Virus record (IMG/VR): IMGVR_UViG_3300031939_000014
Location: 1 to 39,992 of that record
Strand: one strand, 5' to 3'
DNA from: a virus
Taxonomy: Duplodnaviria; Caudoviricetes
Length of the DNA: 39,992 nucleotides
Positions 8,046 through 16,403 of the stretch are shown here, in pieces. A program made the translations under genes and the position numbers. Within the stretch, counting starts at the first letter, position 1, and each line of letters opens with the position of its first letter. Below the pieces are notes generated by a model. It was given only the letters and a program-made list of their open reading frames with translations. It searched no databases and was not told the origin of the DNA.

Positions 8046-8450
8046 ATGCCAAGCAGAAAAGCCGCGCCAGGTCAGGCGGAATACGCAGCAGGGTTGGCGC
8101 TGAGATTGCGCATTGCCCGCAGGTTGGTTGAGCCGCGGCAGGTGGATACCGCGCGCCGTCTGGGAATCGATGGCGGCACGTGGTTCCGCTATGAACGCGG
8201 CACACGGGTTGCCGATCCGTATGCCCTGGCCAAGTTCTGCACGCTGTACGACGTTGATCCGCGGTTCATCCTGCTAGGGGACGCAAGCGGCCTGCGGTGG
8301 CCGCTCAGCGCAAACCTGCGGCTCATACCTGAGGCAGCGAAATACCTGCCCGAGCAAGCGCCAGGTTCCGAGCCGGAGCAGCCTCAACGAGCCAAGCCTC
8401 GAAACGTAATTTCGCCAGAGGACAAAGAGCGGCTAGTGCGCCTGCTCTAG
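8046..8450 (+). CDS. XRE-family (CI-like) repressor, no S24 peptidase domain
   Basis: RLRIARRLVEPRQVDTARRLGIDGGTWFRYERGTRVADPYALAKFCTLYDVDPRFILLG. Confidence 0.85.
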   Translation: MPSRKAAPGQAEYAAGLALRLRIARRLVEPRQVDTARRLGIDGGTWFRYERGTRVADPYALAKFCTLYDVDPRFILLGDASGLRWPLSANLRLIPEAAKYLPEQAPGSEPEQPQRAKPRNVISPEDKERLVRLL

Positions 8451-8830
8451 CGGCAACGTCACAACCAACCTGCAGCATTACGCACCCCGCACAATTCGCG
8501 GGGTGCCCCGGCACGTGCATAGCGAGGGCCTGCGATACACGGCCCCCTTGTAGCCCCTCAGGGGTTGCAACCCCTTTGGGTGTAAGCACCTGCCCCATTC
8601 TAGCATTCCGTCAAGCGCAAGCGGTCTGTGAATCACAGCACGATCATGCCCCCGCACGTTTCGGATATTTGTTAGCGAGCTATGAGGCAAGCGCCAGCCG
8701 CCGGCTAAGTAGGTGAGGTACTCACACGCCCGCGCGATGATCGGAACGCGAGAAATGCGCGCGGCTGAATGTGCGGAACCGCACATTTCCCCTGCAAAAG
8801 TTTCACCTGCCGCTTAGCGCCGAATCGGCC

Positions 8831-8860
8831 TTGCGTGCCTCGCCACTATGGCGATAGGCT
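8831..8860 (+). promoter_or_regulatory. PL-like promoter with an operator in its spacer
   Basis: TTGCGT-18 nt-TAGGCT, with the palindrome TCGCCACTATGGCGA (8840-8854) between the boxes. Confidence 0.6.
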
Positions 8861-8916
8861 GCGCCCGCAACCCCGCCGAGGTGGAACCACCCGGCACATG
8901 CGAGAGGCCAAACCGA

Positions 8917-9078
8917 ATGCGCAGCACTGACATTGCCACCCTTGCCGCTGCCCTGCGTGCGAACCCTGAGTCTGCCTCCCGCGTCGCTGCCATCCTCGAT
9001 TCCATCGCCGCTGAGCAGGCGGAAATTGAGGCGCAGCCGGTGCCGGTGGGCCTGAGGGAACCGGCCGCGCGCCACTAG
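8917..9078 (+). CDS. hypothetical protein (53 aa)
   Basis: GAGAGG upstream; amphipathic helical sequence. Confidence 0.55.
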   Translation: MRSTDIATLAAALRANPESASRVAAILDSIAAEQAEIEAQPVPVGLREPAARH

Positions 9079-9144
9079 ACGGCGCCAGGCTCAGCGTCGG
9101 GGGCACGGCTCGCAGGGGCCGTGCCCTTTCCATGTGAGGCCTGC

Positions 9145-9714
9145 ATGAACGCGCCGCCGCTGCCACCGCCCGATGAGGAATTTGCATTGAAGGCCTCGAT
9201 CGGTGAGGTGCCGGTTCCGCGGCCGGACATGGGCCGCATCACCGCACTGCTGCAGGAGATGCAGCGCCAGTGTGCCGCGCTAGATGCGCACACCCTCAGC
9301 GCCACCCGTTCCAACTGCTTTGACAGTGCCGCGACGCACGGCGCGCATGCTGTGATGGCAGCCGAGGCCGCGGCGCTCTGCATCCTGCACCTCATGCAGA
9401 TTTTCAGCCATGAGCGCGCCACCGCCAAGGCTGCTGAGCAGGCCTTGCGCCATGCCATCGGCACCGCGCTGCAGAGCACGGGCACGCTGGTTTTTCCTTT
9501 GGAGTTCCACAACGTCGAATCTGCAGCCGGGGCAGAGCGGGTTGAGGTGCCCGAGCCGGGCCTGCTGCCCGAGCCGTTCTGGCGCCACGTGGAACCCGAA
9601 CCCGACAAGGCACGCATCGGCGCCGCTTTGAAGCACGGCCCGGTGCCTGGCGCGCGCCACGTGCGGGGGCCGCATACGATTCGCATCACTCAGAGGAAGG
9701 GCCTCGGCCAATGA
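9145..9714 (+). CDS. siphovirus Gp157-like protein
   Basis: Coiled-coil region, then VPEPGLLPEPFWR...EPDKARIGAALKHG.VPGA; adjacent to the recombinase. Confidence 0.65.
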   Translation: MNAPPLPPPDEEFALKASIGEVPVPRPDMGRITALLQEMQRQCAALDAHTLSATRSNCFDSAATHGAHAVMAAEAAALCILHLMQIFSHERATAKAAEQALRHAIGTALQSTGTLVFPLEFHNVESAAGAERVEVPEPGLLPEPFWRHVEPEPDKARIGAALKHGPVPGARHVRGPHTIRITQRKGLGQ

Positions 9715-10730
9715 ATGCACTAGCGCCATACAGCGAGCGCCGCGGGATCGCCGCGCCGCGCACGATTGATGAGGCCATGCGCCTAAGCGAGATGCTTGCC
9801 GATAGCAGCATGGTGCCCGACTGCTACCAGCAAAGGCCGGGCAACGTGTTCATCGCGCTGCAGATGGGCGCCGAGGTCGGGCTTTCCCCGATGGCCGCGC
9901 TGCAGTCTATCGCGGTGATCGGCAAGCGGCCGGGGCTATGGGGTGACGGTGCCCTGGCCGTGGTGCAGGGGCATCCGCACTTCGTTGATTTGCGCGAGGG
10001 CACGGAAGGGGAGGGGGAGGCCCGGCACGGGTTCTGCGTGCTCACCCGGCAGGGCCGGGAGCCGGTGCGGCGCGAGTTCTCGGTTGCCGATGCGAAGCGC
10101 GCCAAGCTGTGGGGCAAGGCCGGGCCGTGGTCCGATTATCCCGAGCGCATGATGATGATGCGCGCCAGGTCATGGGCCATGCGTGACTTGTTCCCCGATG
10201 CCCTGCGCGGCATCGCCATCGCTGAGGAACTGCGCGACACGCCGCGCGAGGTGCGCGATGTGCCCAACCTGGCAGAGCAGGAGCAGAACCGCGGGCCGGT
10301 GAACGCCGCGCCTGGCAGCCTGGCAGAGCACGCCGCGCACCTGCAGGGCCGCGAGGTCGAGCACCCGGCCGCGCCTCCCGCTGAGGAAGGTCTGCCGCTG
10401 CTCTACCTTGACGGCCGCCTGGTCGAAATCCGCAAGGGTGCGAAATCCGGCGCCGCGGCGATCGTGCTTTGGCAGCGCGCGGCCGAGCAGCAGTTGAGCA
10501 AGGCAGAGAGCGCCGCCGCCCTGCGCCTATGGCGTTCAGAAAACGGGCCGAGTTTCGGGAGTATAGCGGCCCTGCACCCAAAGGAAGTGCGGGAGGTCGA
10601 GCGCCGGATTGAGGCCCGGCTGAATGCGCTGCGCGACGCCGAGGCCTTGGACATGGAAGCGCAGGCAGAGCAGGAGGCGCCGGCAGGTGAGGCGCCAGCC
10701 GAGGCCGCGCCAGAACAGCCCACGGCCTAG
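9711..10730 (+). CDS. RecT-like single-strand annealing protein
   Basis: SSMVPDCYQQRPGNVFIALQMGAEVGLSPMAALQSIAVIGKRP...FSVADAKRAKLWGKAGPWSDYPERMMMMRARSWAMRDLFPD. Confidence 0.75.
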   Translation: MNALAPYSERRGIAAPRTIDEAMRLSEMLADSSMVPDCYQQRPGNVFIALQMGAEVGLSPMAALQSIAVIGKRPGLWGDGALAVVQGHPHFVDLREGTEGEGEARHGFCVLTRQGREPVRREFSVADAKRAKLWGKAGPWSDYPERMMMMRARSWAMRDLFPDALRGIAIAEELRDTPREVRDVPNLAEQEQNRGPVNAAPGSLAEHAAHLQGREVEHPAAPPAEEGLPLLYLDGRLVEIRKGAKSGAAAIVLWQRAAEQQLSKAESAAALRLWRSENGPSFGSIAALHPKEVREVERRIEARLNALRDAEALDMEAQAEQEAPAGEAPAEAAPEQPTA

Positions 10731-10779
10731 CCGGATTGGCCTGCCCCGGTGGCGCCGGCCGGGGCCTAGCCTCGGCCAC

Positions 10780-10901
10780 AGGGCTGCCCTCGAAACCCCT
10801 TGCCGGGCCTCAGGGTTAGCCCTTTTCCGGCGCAGGTTAGCCCTCGGGCTGCCCTGCCCATCGCGTGCCCGTGACTATGGCCGCGGTCGCCATATTGGTA
10901 A
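10780..10901. promoter_or_regulatory. intergenic cluster of repeated motifs
   Basis: AGGGCTGCCCT (10780), AGGGTTAGCCCT (10812), AGGTTAGCCCTCGGGCTGCCCT (10834), TCGCCATATTGGTAA (10887). Confidence 0.6.
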
Positions 10902-10951
10902 GCCGCGCGCTTGTATGCCGTCGCCTATGACGGCTGAGAGGGAATCCCCGA

Positions 10952-11269
10952 ATGAGTGTTTTGCCGGGTTCGGTCTATGTGGCCGCCGACAAGTTAGGAA
11001 TCGTGGTCTTTCGCGCAAAGCGTGAAACCATCCGCGGCTGGAATGAGGATCGCGCCCCCGGCATGCTGCCGAGTTTCTGCGGTTGGTATTGGTATCTGCA
11101 GGCGCGCGGGGGCCGGGCCGAAACTGCCGAGGTCGGGCCGTTCACCTCAGAGTCAGCCGCCTTTGCCGATGCCATCACCGCGCTAGAGCAACGCGCGCGC
11201 AGCGATGACCGCATCGCCAAGGTGCTGCGCTCCAACGCTCTGATGACAGGTGGCGCCTATGCCGCGTGA
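10952..11269 (+). CDS. hypothetical protein (105 aa)
   Basis: GAGAGGGA RBS; GWYW...EVGPFTSESAA motif seen in small phage proteins. Confidence 0.7.
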   Translation: MSVLPGSVYVAADKLGIVVFRAKRETIRGWNEDRAPGMLPSFCGWYWYLQARGGRAETAEVGPFTSESAAFADAITALEQRARSDDRIAKVLRSNALMTGGAYAA

Positions 11270-11954
11270 GCGCGCGTTCTGTCCGGTGTGCCGCAACCCC
11301 CTCCCGCTGCGCGTGCGCGAGGTGCGCGGCATCGTGCCGGATGGGTCAAAGGATGCGATCTGGCACTTTCCGGGGGAGGTGGTGCGGCGCAGCCGGCCCT
11401 ATGCCGCCACGGTCAATGGCCGGCGCGAAATCGTGCAAACGCTGCATATTTGGGACGGCACTTATAGTGCCCCGTGGGCACCATTTTGCACCACCACCTG
11501 CGCCGCCAGGTTCGGTGTGCAGGCCGCGCGCCGGATGACGCACCCCGCCCTGCCAGCACCCGAGCAGCAAGCGCCTGCCGAGGTGGGCGAAAGCCGCAGC
11601 CTGGCCGCACGCTATGGCCTGCTATTGGAAGGGGTGAGCACGCCTGAGGCCGCGCCAGCCGTCCCAGCCGTGCCAGCCGCGCGCTCGCCTGCCGCAGCCA
11701 AGGCCGCGCAGAAGTATGCCGAGGGCACGCCAGGGCATCCCGACTGGCACCCGCCGGGCAAGCCCGCGCCAGTGCCGGGGGTGTTCCGCTATGATTCCGG
11801 CGGCTATCGCATTCCCGACACGCCCGAATATCTCGCCATGAAGGCCGCGGTACTCGTGAAGGCCCGCGCGGCGCGGGCCGCCAAGCGCGCGGAAGGCCCG
11901 CGGCCTCACCGCTCGCGCAAGGCCGGGCAGGTGAACGGGCACGCGGCACCATGA
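11259..11954 (+). CDS. hypothetical protein, Cys-pair N-terminal domain and low-complexity C-terminus
   Basis: CPVC...FCTTTC; overlaps both neighbours. Confidence 0.65.
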   Translation: MPRERAFCPVCRNPLPLRVREVRGIVPDGSKDAIWHFPGEVVRRSRPYAATVNGRREIVQTLHIWDGTYSAPWAPFCTTTCAARFGVQAARRMTHPALPAPEQQAPAEVGESRSLAARYGLLLEGVSTPEAAPAVPAVPAARSPAAAKAAQKYAEGTPGHPDWHPPGKPAPVPGVFRYDSGGYRIPDTPEYLAMKAAVLVKARAARAAKRAEGPRPHRSRKAGQVNGHAAP

Positions 11955-12259
11955 GCCGGCACATGCGGCTAGACCACATCGGGGAGGGCCGAATTGCCAT
12001 CATTGGCCCCGCGGGTGCTCGGGTGGAACTCAGCGGCGCCGCGGCGCTGCGCGTGGCCACCTGGCATGCGCACATGCGCACCCACGGTGAGGATTGGGCA
12101 GCAACCTACCTGGCCGGGGTGGCGCATGGGTTGGATGCCGCCGCCGCCATGCGGGTTGAGCGGGTGCTTGCCGATGCGCAGCAACGCATAGCCGAGGGCC
12201 GCGCGCTTGTAGAATCCACGCGCGCCAGGCACGAGAGGGGCACCGATGCCGAAGGGTGA
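11951..12259 (+). CDS. hypothetical protein (102 aa)
   Basis: ATGA overlap with the upstream gene. Confidence 0.65.
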   Translation: MSRHMRLDHIGEGRIAIIGPAGARVELSGAAALRVATWHAHMRTHGEDWAATYLAGVAHGLDAAAAMRVERVLADAQQRIAEGRALVESTRARHERGTDAEG

Positions 12260-12575
12260 GAGTGAGGCGCCGCGGCAGGTGGTGGTGACGCTCGGCCCCA
12301 CGGGCATGCATGCGTTCCTTGCAGCCTATCGGGCTGCCGCCGAGGGGGCCGAGGTGAATATGTCCATTGCCACCGCGGCCGGGGTTGATGTTCTGCTAAT
12401 GGAAGTTGGGGGCATCGGCACGATGCTGCCGGCCTCGGATGCCGGGGCCTTTGCCGAGGAACTGCTGCATTTCCCATGGCGCGGTGAGGCGCAGGGCAAG
12501 GCCATGCGGCATCTAGGCTGGCATGTGCAGGCCATGGCAGACGAATACGCCGCACGGCAGGGGCCGAAGCACTAG
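12246..12575 (+). CDS. hypothetical protein (109 aa)
   Basis: GAGGGG RBS; overlaps the previous gene. Confidence 0.65.
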   Translation: MPKGESEAPRQVVVTLGPTGMHAFLAAYRAAAEGAEVNMSIATAAGVDVLLMEVGGIGTMLPASDAGAFAEELLHFPWRGEAQGKAMRHLGWHVQAMADEYAARQGPKH

Positions 12576-12584
12576 CGGCCCGGC

Positions 12585-12617
12585 AAAGAAAAGGCCTGCC
12601 AGTTTCCCGGCAGGCCT
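12585..12617 (-). terminator. rho-independent terminator ending the late/lysis transcript
   Basis: 9-bp stem AGGCCTGCC/GGCAGGCCT followed on the minus strand by a T-rich tract. Confidence 0.8.
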
Positions 12618-12702
12618 AAGTGGTGTGCTGCAACCCACGAGAGGCAAAGCCATCGCGCAGGCCGCGAGCCTAGCGCAGTGTGTGGTTGCGCACCACCATT
12701 CC

Positions 12703-13104
12703 TCAGGGCAGCGGCAGCACCTCAACGGGGAAGATGCCCATTGCCTCGCCGCCGATCGCACGCGCGGCGCCTCGGCTCAGGTCGATGATGCGGTGCGCCG
12801 GATCGGCAAACGGGCCGCGGTCGGTGATGCGCACCACCACCCGCAGGCCGTTGCGCAAATTCGTCACGCGCACGCGTAGGCCAAAGGGCAGCGTCCGGCT
12901 CGCGGCCGTCATCTCCTGCGCACGAAAGATGCTGCCATCGGCTGCGCGCCTCCCCTCAAACGCGCAGCAGTAATAGGACGCGAGGCCATACCGCGCGCGC
13001 ATGTCGGCAGGCAGCCGCATGGCACCCGGCACCACGGCCGCGGCCGGCGCTGCCAGGCTGAGGGCAAGCGCCGCCGCCGCCAGGAGAGTTCTGCGCGCGC
13101 TCAT
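12703..13104 (-). CDS. RlpA-family (DPBB) lytic transglycosylase with signal peptide
   Basis: ASYY...GRRAADGSIF...MTAASRTLPFGLRVRVTNLRNGLRVVVRITDRGPF....RIIDLSRGAA; N-terminal RR + hydrophobic + AxA. Confidence 0.9.
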   Translation of the reverse strand: MSARRTLLAAAALALSLAAPAAAVVPGAMRLPADMRARYGLASYYCCAFEGRRAADGSIFRAQEMTAASRTLPFGLRVRVTNLRNGLRVVVRITDRGPFADPAHRIIDLSRGAARAIGGEAMGIFPVEVLPLP

Positions 13105-13751
13105 AGCCCGAGCACCCGGCGCGCGGTGAGGTAGCGTGCGGTGCGATCTTCTAGCCCGTTCTCGCCACCGTTCACCCGCTTAGAGATGGCGCGGATGGCC
13201 TGCGCGTCCGCGAGCGCATTGCACCCGGCTTTCTGCCACCACGATGCGGCGCCGAGTGCCGCGCCCTCTCGGGTGCGCAGCCAATCCGGCACTTCCTCGG
13301 TGGCCAGGTCGAAAACCTGCGCAACCGCATCATGGTTGGCAAAGCCCGTCACCTGAAGCAGCCCGGCCCCGCGGTACTTGTAGCCATCGCCGCTGTAGTC
13401 ATTGCCGAGCCTGTGCCCGTAAGCGGCCTCGGCAATCGCGTACTCGTCTGCCTTGCGGCCTGGCGCGCGGCCGATGCGCTCAGCAAGCCACTGCGGCACG
13501 CGGCCGGGGAACGTCGCGCGCAGGCCCGCCACGCTGTAATTCAGATTTTCACTCAGCGTGTTGAGGTCGGCAGATTCGTGCGCGATTTGCGCCACGAACG
13601 CGGCCAGCCGCGCCGGGGTGTTCACCTCGAAACGCAGGCAGGCCGCGCGCAGAGGCTCAACCCACCCGGCCGGATCGGCGCAGGCGGGGGCCACTGCTCG
13701 CAGCAGGGCGGGGGTGAGATAGGCGAGGGGGAGCGCGCTTCCGTCGGGCAT
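13101..13751 (-). CDS. glycoside hydrolase family 19 endolysin
   Basis: RLAAFVAQIAHES...LSENLNYS...DGYKYRGAGLLQVTG...KRVNGGENGLEDR. Confidence 0.9.
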   Translation of the reverse strand: MPDGSALPLAYLTPALLRAVAPACADPAGWVEPLRAACLRFEVNTPARLAAFVAQIAHESADLNTLSENLNYSVAGLRATFPGRVPQWLAERIGRAPGRKADEYAIAEAAYGHRLGNDYSGDGYKYRGAGLLQVTGFANHDAVAQVFDLATEEVPDWLRTREGAALGAASWWQKAGCNALADAQAIRAISKRVNGGENGLEDRTARYLTARRVLGL

Positions 13752-13768
13752 GGGGTTGTGCCTCAGCG

Positions 13769-13944
13769 GTCGCCACGTTGGCGACGCTCCCTCACCATAC
13801 CGTGAGGCCCAACTTGCCGCAATCGCTGAATCGTGAGCGCGCGAAACAACCTGTGGTAGAGGCTTTCGGGCATTCGCAGGATGGTAAAAGCCCCCGCGGG
13901 AGGGCTAACTTGGGGCTAACCTCAGGCCGGAAAGGGCTGCCCTG
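13769..13944. promoter_or_regulatory. divergent control region between the endolysin and the plus-strand island
   Basis: GTCGCCACGTTGGCGAC palindrome (13769-13785); TAAAAGCCCC; AGGGCTAACT, GGGCTAACCTCAGG, AGGGCTGCCCT. Confidence 0.6.
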
Positions 13945-14411
13945 TGAGCGATCACACACCCAAGCAGGATAAGATGATCAAGAGCATGGACCGGGCCGAA
14001 TGGGACCGCGCCATCGCGCACGCCAACGCCCGCGGGGAATCTATGGCCTCATTCGCCGCCCGCGCCTTCCGGCAGATGCGCGAGAGGGATACCGCGGGGC
14101 CGATGTTCACCCCGCCCGCCGAGCGCCCGGCAGGGCAGCCCGAGGCCATAGGCTTTGCGCTGCCGATTGAGAGCGTGGGGGAGTTGGCCGCGCTCATGCA
14201 GGGGCAGGCCGCAATGGCGACGGCCGCCGGCCTCAGGCTGCCCGAGGCGCATGCCCGCGATGCCCTGGCCCTGGCGCGCGCCAGCGTCGGGGAGGCCCTG
14301 CGCGCCGTGCGCGGCAGCCGGCCGCGGGGGCAGCAGCCCGAGGCCCTGCGCCTGGCCAATGAGCGCAAGCGCGAGGCAGCCGCGGCCCGTCGCCTGGCAG
14401 GTCGGGCATGA
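13944..14411 (+). CDS. putative ribbon-helix-helix DNA-binding protein
   Basis: KMIKSMDRAEWDRAIAHANARGESMASFAARAF matches the strand-helix-G-S-helix RHH pattern; start GTG 13944 or ATG 13974. Confidence 0.55.
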   Translation: MSDHTPKQDKMIKSMDRAEWDRAIAHANARGESMASFAARAFRQMRERDTAGPMFTPPAERPAGQPEAIGFALPIESVGELAALMQGQAAMATAAGLRLPEAHARDALALARASVGEALRAVRGSRPRGQQPEALRLANERKREAAAARRLAGRA

Positions 14412-14608
14412 GCACGCGCAAGCGCAAGGTTGATGCGGCGCCGCCGCTGGAAATCGCGGCGCAGGAACTCGTGCGGGCCGCGCGCTGCCTGCGCGATGCG
14501 CTCATTGCTGCGGGCACGCACCCGTACACGGTCGCCAGCCTGCATGCCCTCATTGCCGATGCCGAGGCTGAGGATTTAGTCGCGCCGGAAGGGGAGGGGG
14601 AGCGGTGA
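14408..14608 (+). CDS. hypothetical protein (66 aa)
   Basis: ATGA overlap upstream; GTGA overlap downstream. Confidence 0.6.
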   Translation: MSTRKRKVDAAPPLEIAAQELVRAARCLRDALIAAGTHPYTVASLHALIADAEAEDLVAPEGEGER

Positions 14609-14877
14609 AGCGCCGCGGCAGGCTCAACCTCGGGCCGCCGCCGCCGCACGAGCCGGATTCCGCGAACATGGATGAGGCCGCGGCCCTAGTGCGCACGCTG
14701 GAAGCCTATGGGAAAACCGATAAGGGGGCAGCAATCATGCTCATGGGTGCCCTGGCGATTTTCCTTGAGCGCGATCCAACCTTTAACCGCGCCACCCTTG
14801 AAACCATGGGGGAGGCGTTGGGCAAGATCATGGATTCGCTGAGCGCCGGCCGCGCTGCCGGGCCGGTGCAGCACTAG
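14605..14877 (+). CDS. hypothetical protein (90 aa)
   Basis: GGAG RBS; its stop overlaps the stop of the convergent kinase gene. Confidence 0.65.
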   Translation: MKRRGRLNLGPPPPHEPDSANMDEAAALVRTLEAYGKTDKGAAIMLMGALAIFLERDPTFNRATLETMGEALGKIMDSLSAGRAAGPVQH

Positions 14878-15959
14878 CGCGGGTCGCCAGGCTCAGCGGC
14901 GGGGAACCTCAGGCAGCAGAGCGTGCCCCCGGCATCGGCTGCCTGCCGGGTGAACGTGCCCCGCAACTGCGCCGCCAGCGCGCGCAGCAGCCGGGTGCCG
15001 AGGCCGCCGCCCGCGGGATCGCGCGGGGCACCTGGTAGGGTGTCCGCTGCATGCACCTGCCCGGCCTCGGCAATGCCGATGCCATCATCCCGCACGCTGA
15101 GGGCAAAGGCATCGGCCTGCCGCACGAAACGCACGGTGATGGTGCCGCCCATCTCAGCCGGGAATGCGTATTTCAGCGCATTGGCCACGCACTCGTTCAC
15201 AATCTGCCCGAGGTGAACCGCGCGCTCGGTCGAGAGCCAATGCGACTCAGCCTCGCACACCATGGCCACCGGCCGCAGCCCGTTGCCCGCGGCGCCGGCT
15301 TTGAGGTCGTGGCAGAGGCCGCGCAAGAAATTGGCCGTGTCGATCATGGCCGCGTTGTCGTGCGCCGCAGCCCCCGCAATTCGCGTATGGACGCGCGCCA
15401 GGCTGTAGCAGTGCGCCGCCCCCTCCCGCAGTGCCTCGCGCGCCTCGGCCGGCGCAGAGCGCGCGCGCAGCAGCAGCAGGGCACATAGATTCTGCAAATC
15501 GTTCCGTGTTCGGTGCCGGAATTCGTCTAGCAGCAATTGCCTGCCGGCCTCTGCCGTGTCGCGCATCGCCATGGCCGCGCGCTGCCCGATTAGCGCATGG
15601 TGCAGCGTCTCAATCGTGAGGGCCGATACAAGGCCGCTGACCACGAAAAGCCCGAGCGCAAAAATGTTGTGCGCGCCCGTGATGGCAATGCAGCCGAGTG
15701 GGGGGATAAAGAGCGTGGCGAGCATCGCGCTTGCCGCCGTCGCTAGGTAGCCGCTGCCGCGTGCGAATAGCGCCGAGGCCGCCATGATCGCAGGAAAGAA
15801 GGGCAGGAACGGCAGCCCGCCCTCGGGAAACCACGGGGAAAGCGAATAGCGCGCGGCGCCTGCAACCGCCACAAGCCCGAGGGTGCAGGCCATCCGAGCC
15901 GATGCCGGCATGCCGGCCGTTATGTCCTGCAACCGCTCAATGGGTTTCTGCAAGGGCAT
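14874..15959 (-). CDS. membrane sensor histidine kinase, HWE/HisKA_2 family (DUF4118-like TM domain)
   Basis: About 4 TM helices (PFLPFFPAIMAASALF...); H-box EFRHRTRNDLQ; ARVH; N-box NECVANALKYAF; G1 VRDDGIG; G2 GGGLGTRLL. Confidence 0.9.
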   Translation of the reverse strand: MPLQKPIERLQDITAGMPASARMACTLGLVAVAGAARYSLSPWFPEGGLPFLPFFPAIMAASALFARGSGYLATAASAMLATLFIPPLGCIAITGAHNIFALGLFVVSGLVSALTIETLHHALIGQRAAMAMRDTAEAGRQLLLDEFRHRTRNDLQNLCALLLLRARSAPAEAREALREGAAHCYSLARVHTRIAGAAAHDNAAMIDTANFLRGLCHDLKAGAAGNGLRPVAMVCEAESHWLSTERAVHLGQIVNECVANALKYAFPAEMGGTITVRFVRQADAFALSVRDDGIGIAEAGQVHAADTLPGAPRDPAGGGLGTRLLRALAAQLRGTFTRQAADAGGTLCCLRFPAAEPGDPR

Positions 15960-16002
15960 TGCTGAGCCTAAGCGCCGATGGCCAAGCATGCCAGGCGCCA
16001 GC

Positions 16003-16392
16003 CTACGGGACAGGAAGGCCAGGCGCACGCGGCGCGTTGCTTGCCGTCTCTGCCGCAGCGCGGGTGAGGGCCGCAAGCGCGATGGTCCGCAGCGCCTCAT
16101 CACTCGGGGCCAACTTCGCAAGCACCTCGGGCAGCGCGGTGCGCGCATAGGCTGCCAGGTCCATGGGTGGCGAGGCCGTGGCCACCGCACCGGATTGGAT
16201 CGCCAGTGCCCGCCGCGTCATGGCGCCGAGCAATAGCGCCACGTCCCGCTGATGCGTGCCGGATTGCAGCCACGCGCGCAGCGGCCCCGGCAGCAGCGTG
16301 AGCAACCAGCCGCCGAGGCCGGTTGCCGCGGTGATGAGCACGGGGGCCGCGAACTCGGCAACCACCTGGCGCAGCGCATCCAACCAACCCAT
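16003..16392 (-). CDS. holin-like membrane protein
   Basis: N-terminal hydrophobic segment (AAPVLITAATGLGGWLLTLL) then amphipathic helices; follows the tail genes. Confidence 0.45.
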   Translation of the reverse strand: MGWLDALRQVVAEFAAPVLITAATGLGGWLLTLLPGPLRAWLQSGTHQRDVALLLGAMTRRALAIQSGAVATASPPMDLAAYARTALPEVLAKLAPSDEALRTIALAALTRAAAETASNAPRAPGLPVP

Positions 16393-16403
16393 CGCGGCAA
16401 CCC

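Noticed and set aside
15960-16190. N-terminal 77 aa of the 438-aa kinase ORF
   Set aside because: Arg/Pro-rich and overlapping the holin-like gene; the real start is more likely ATG 15959.
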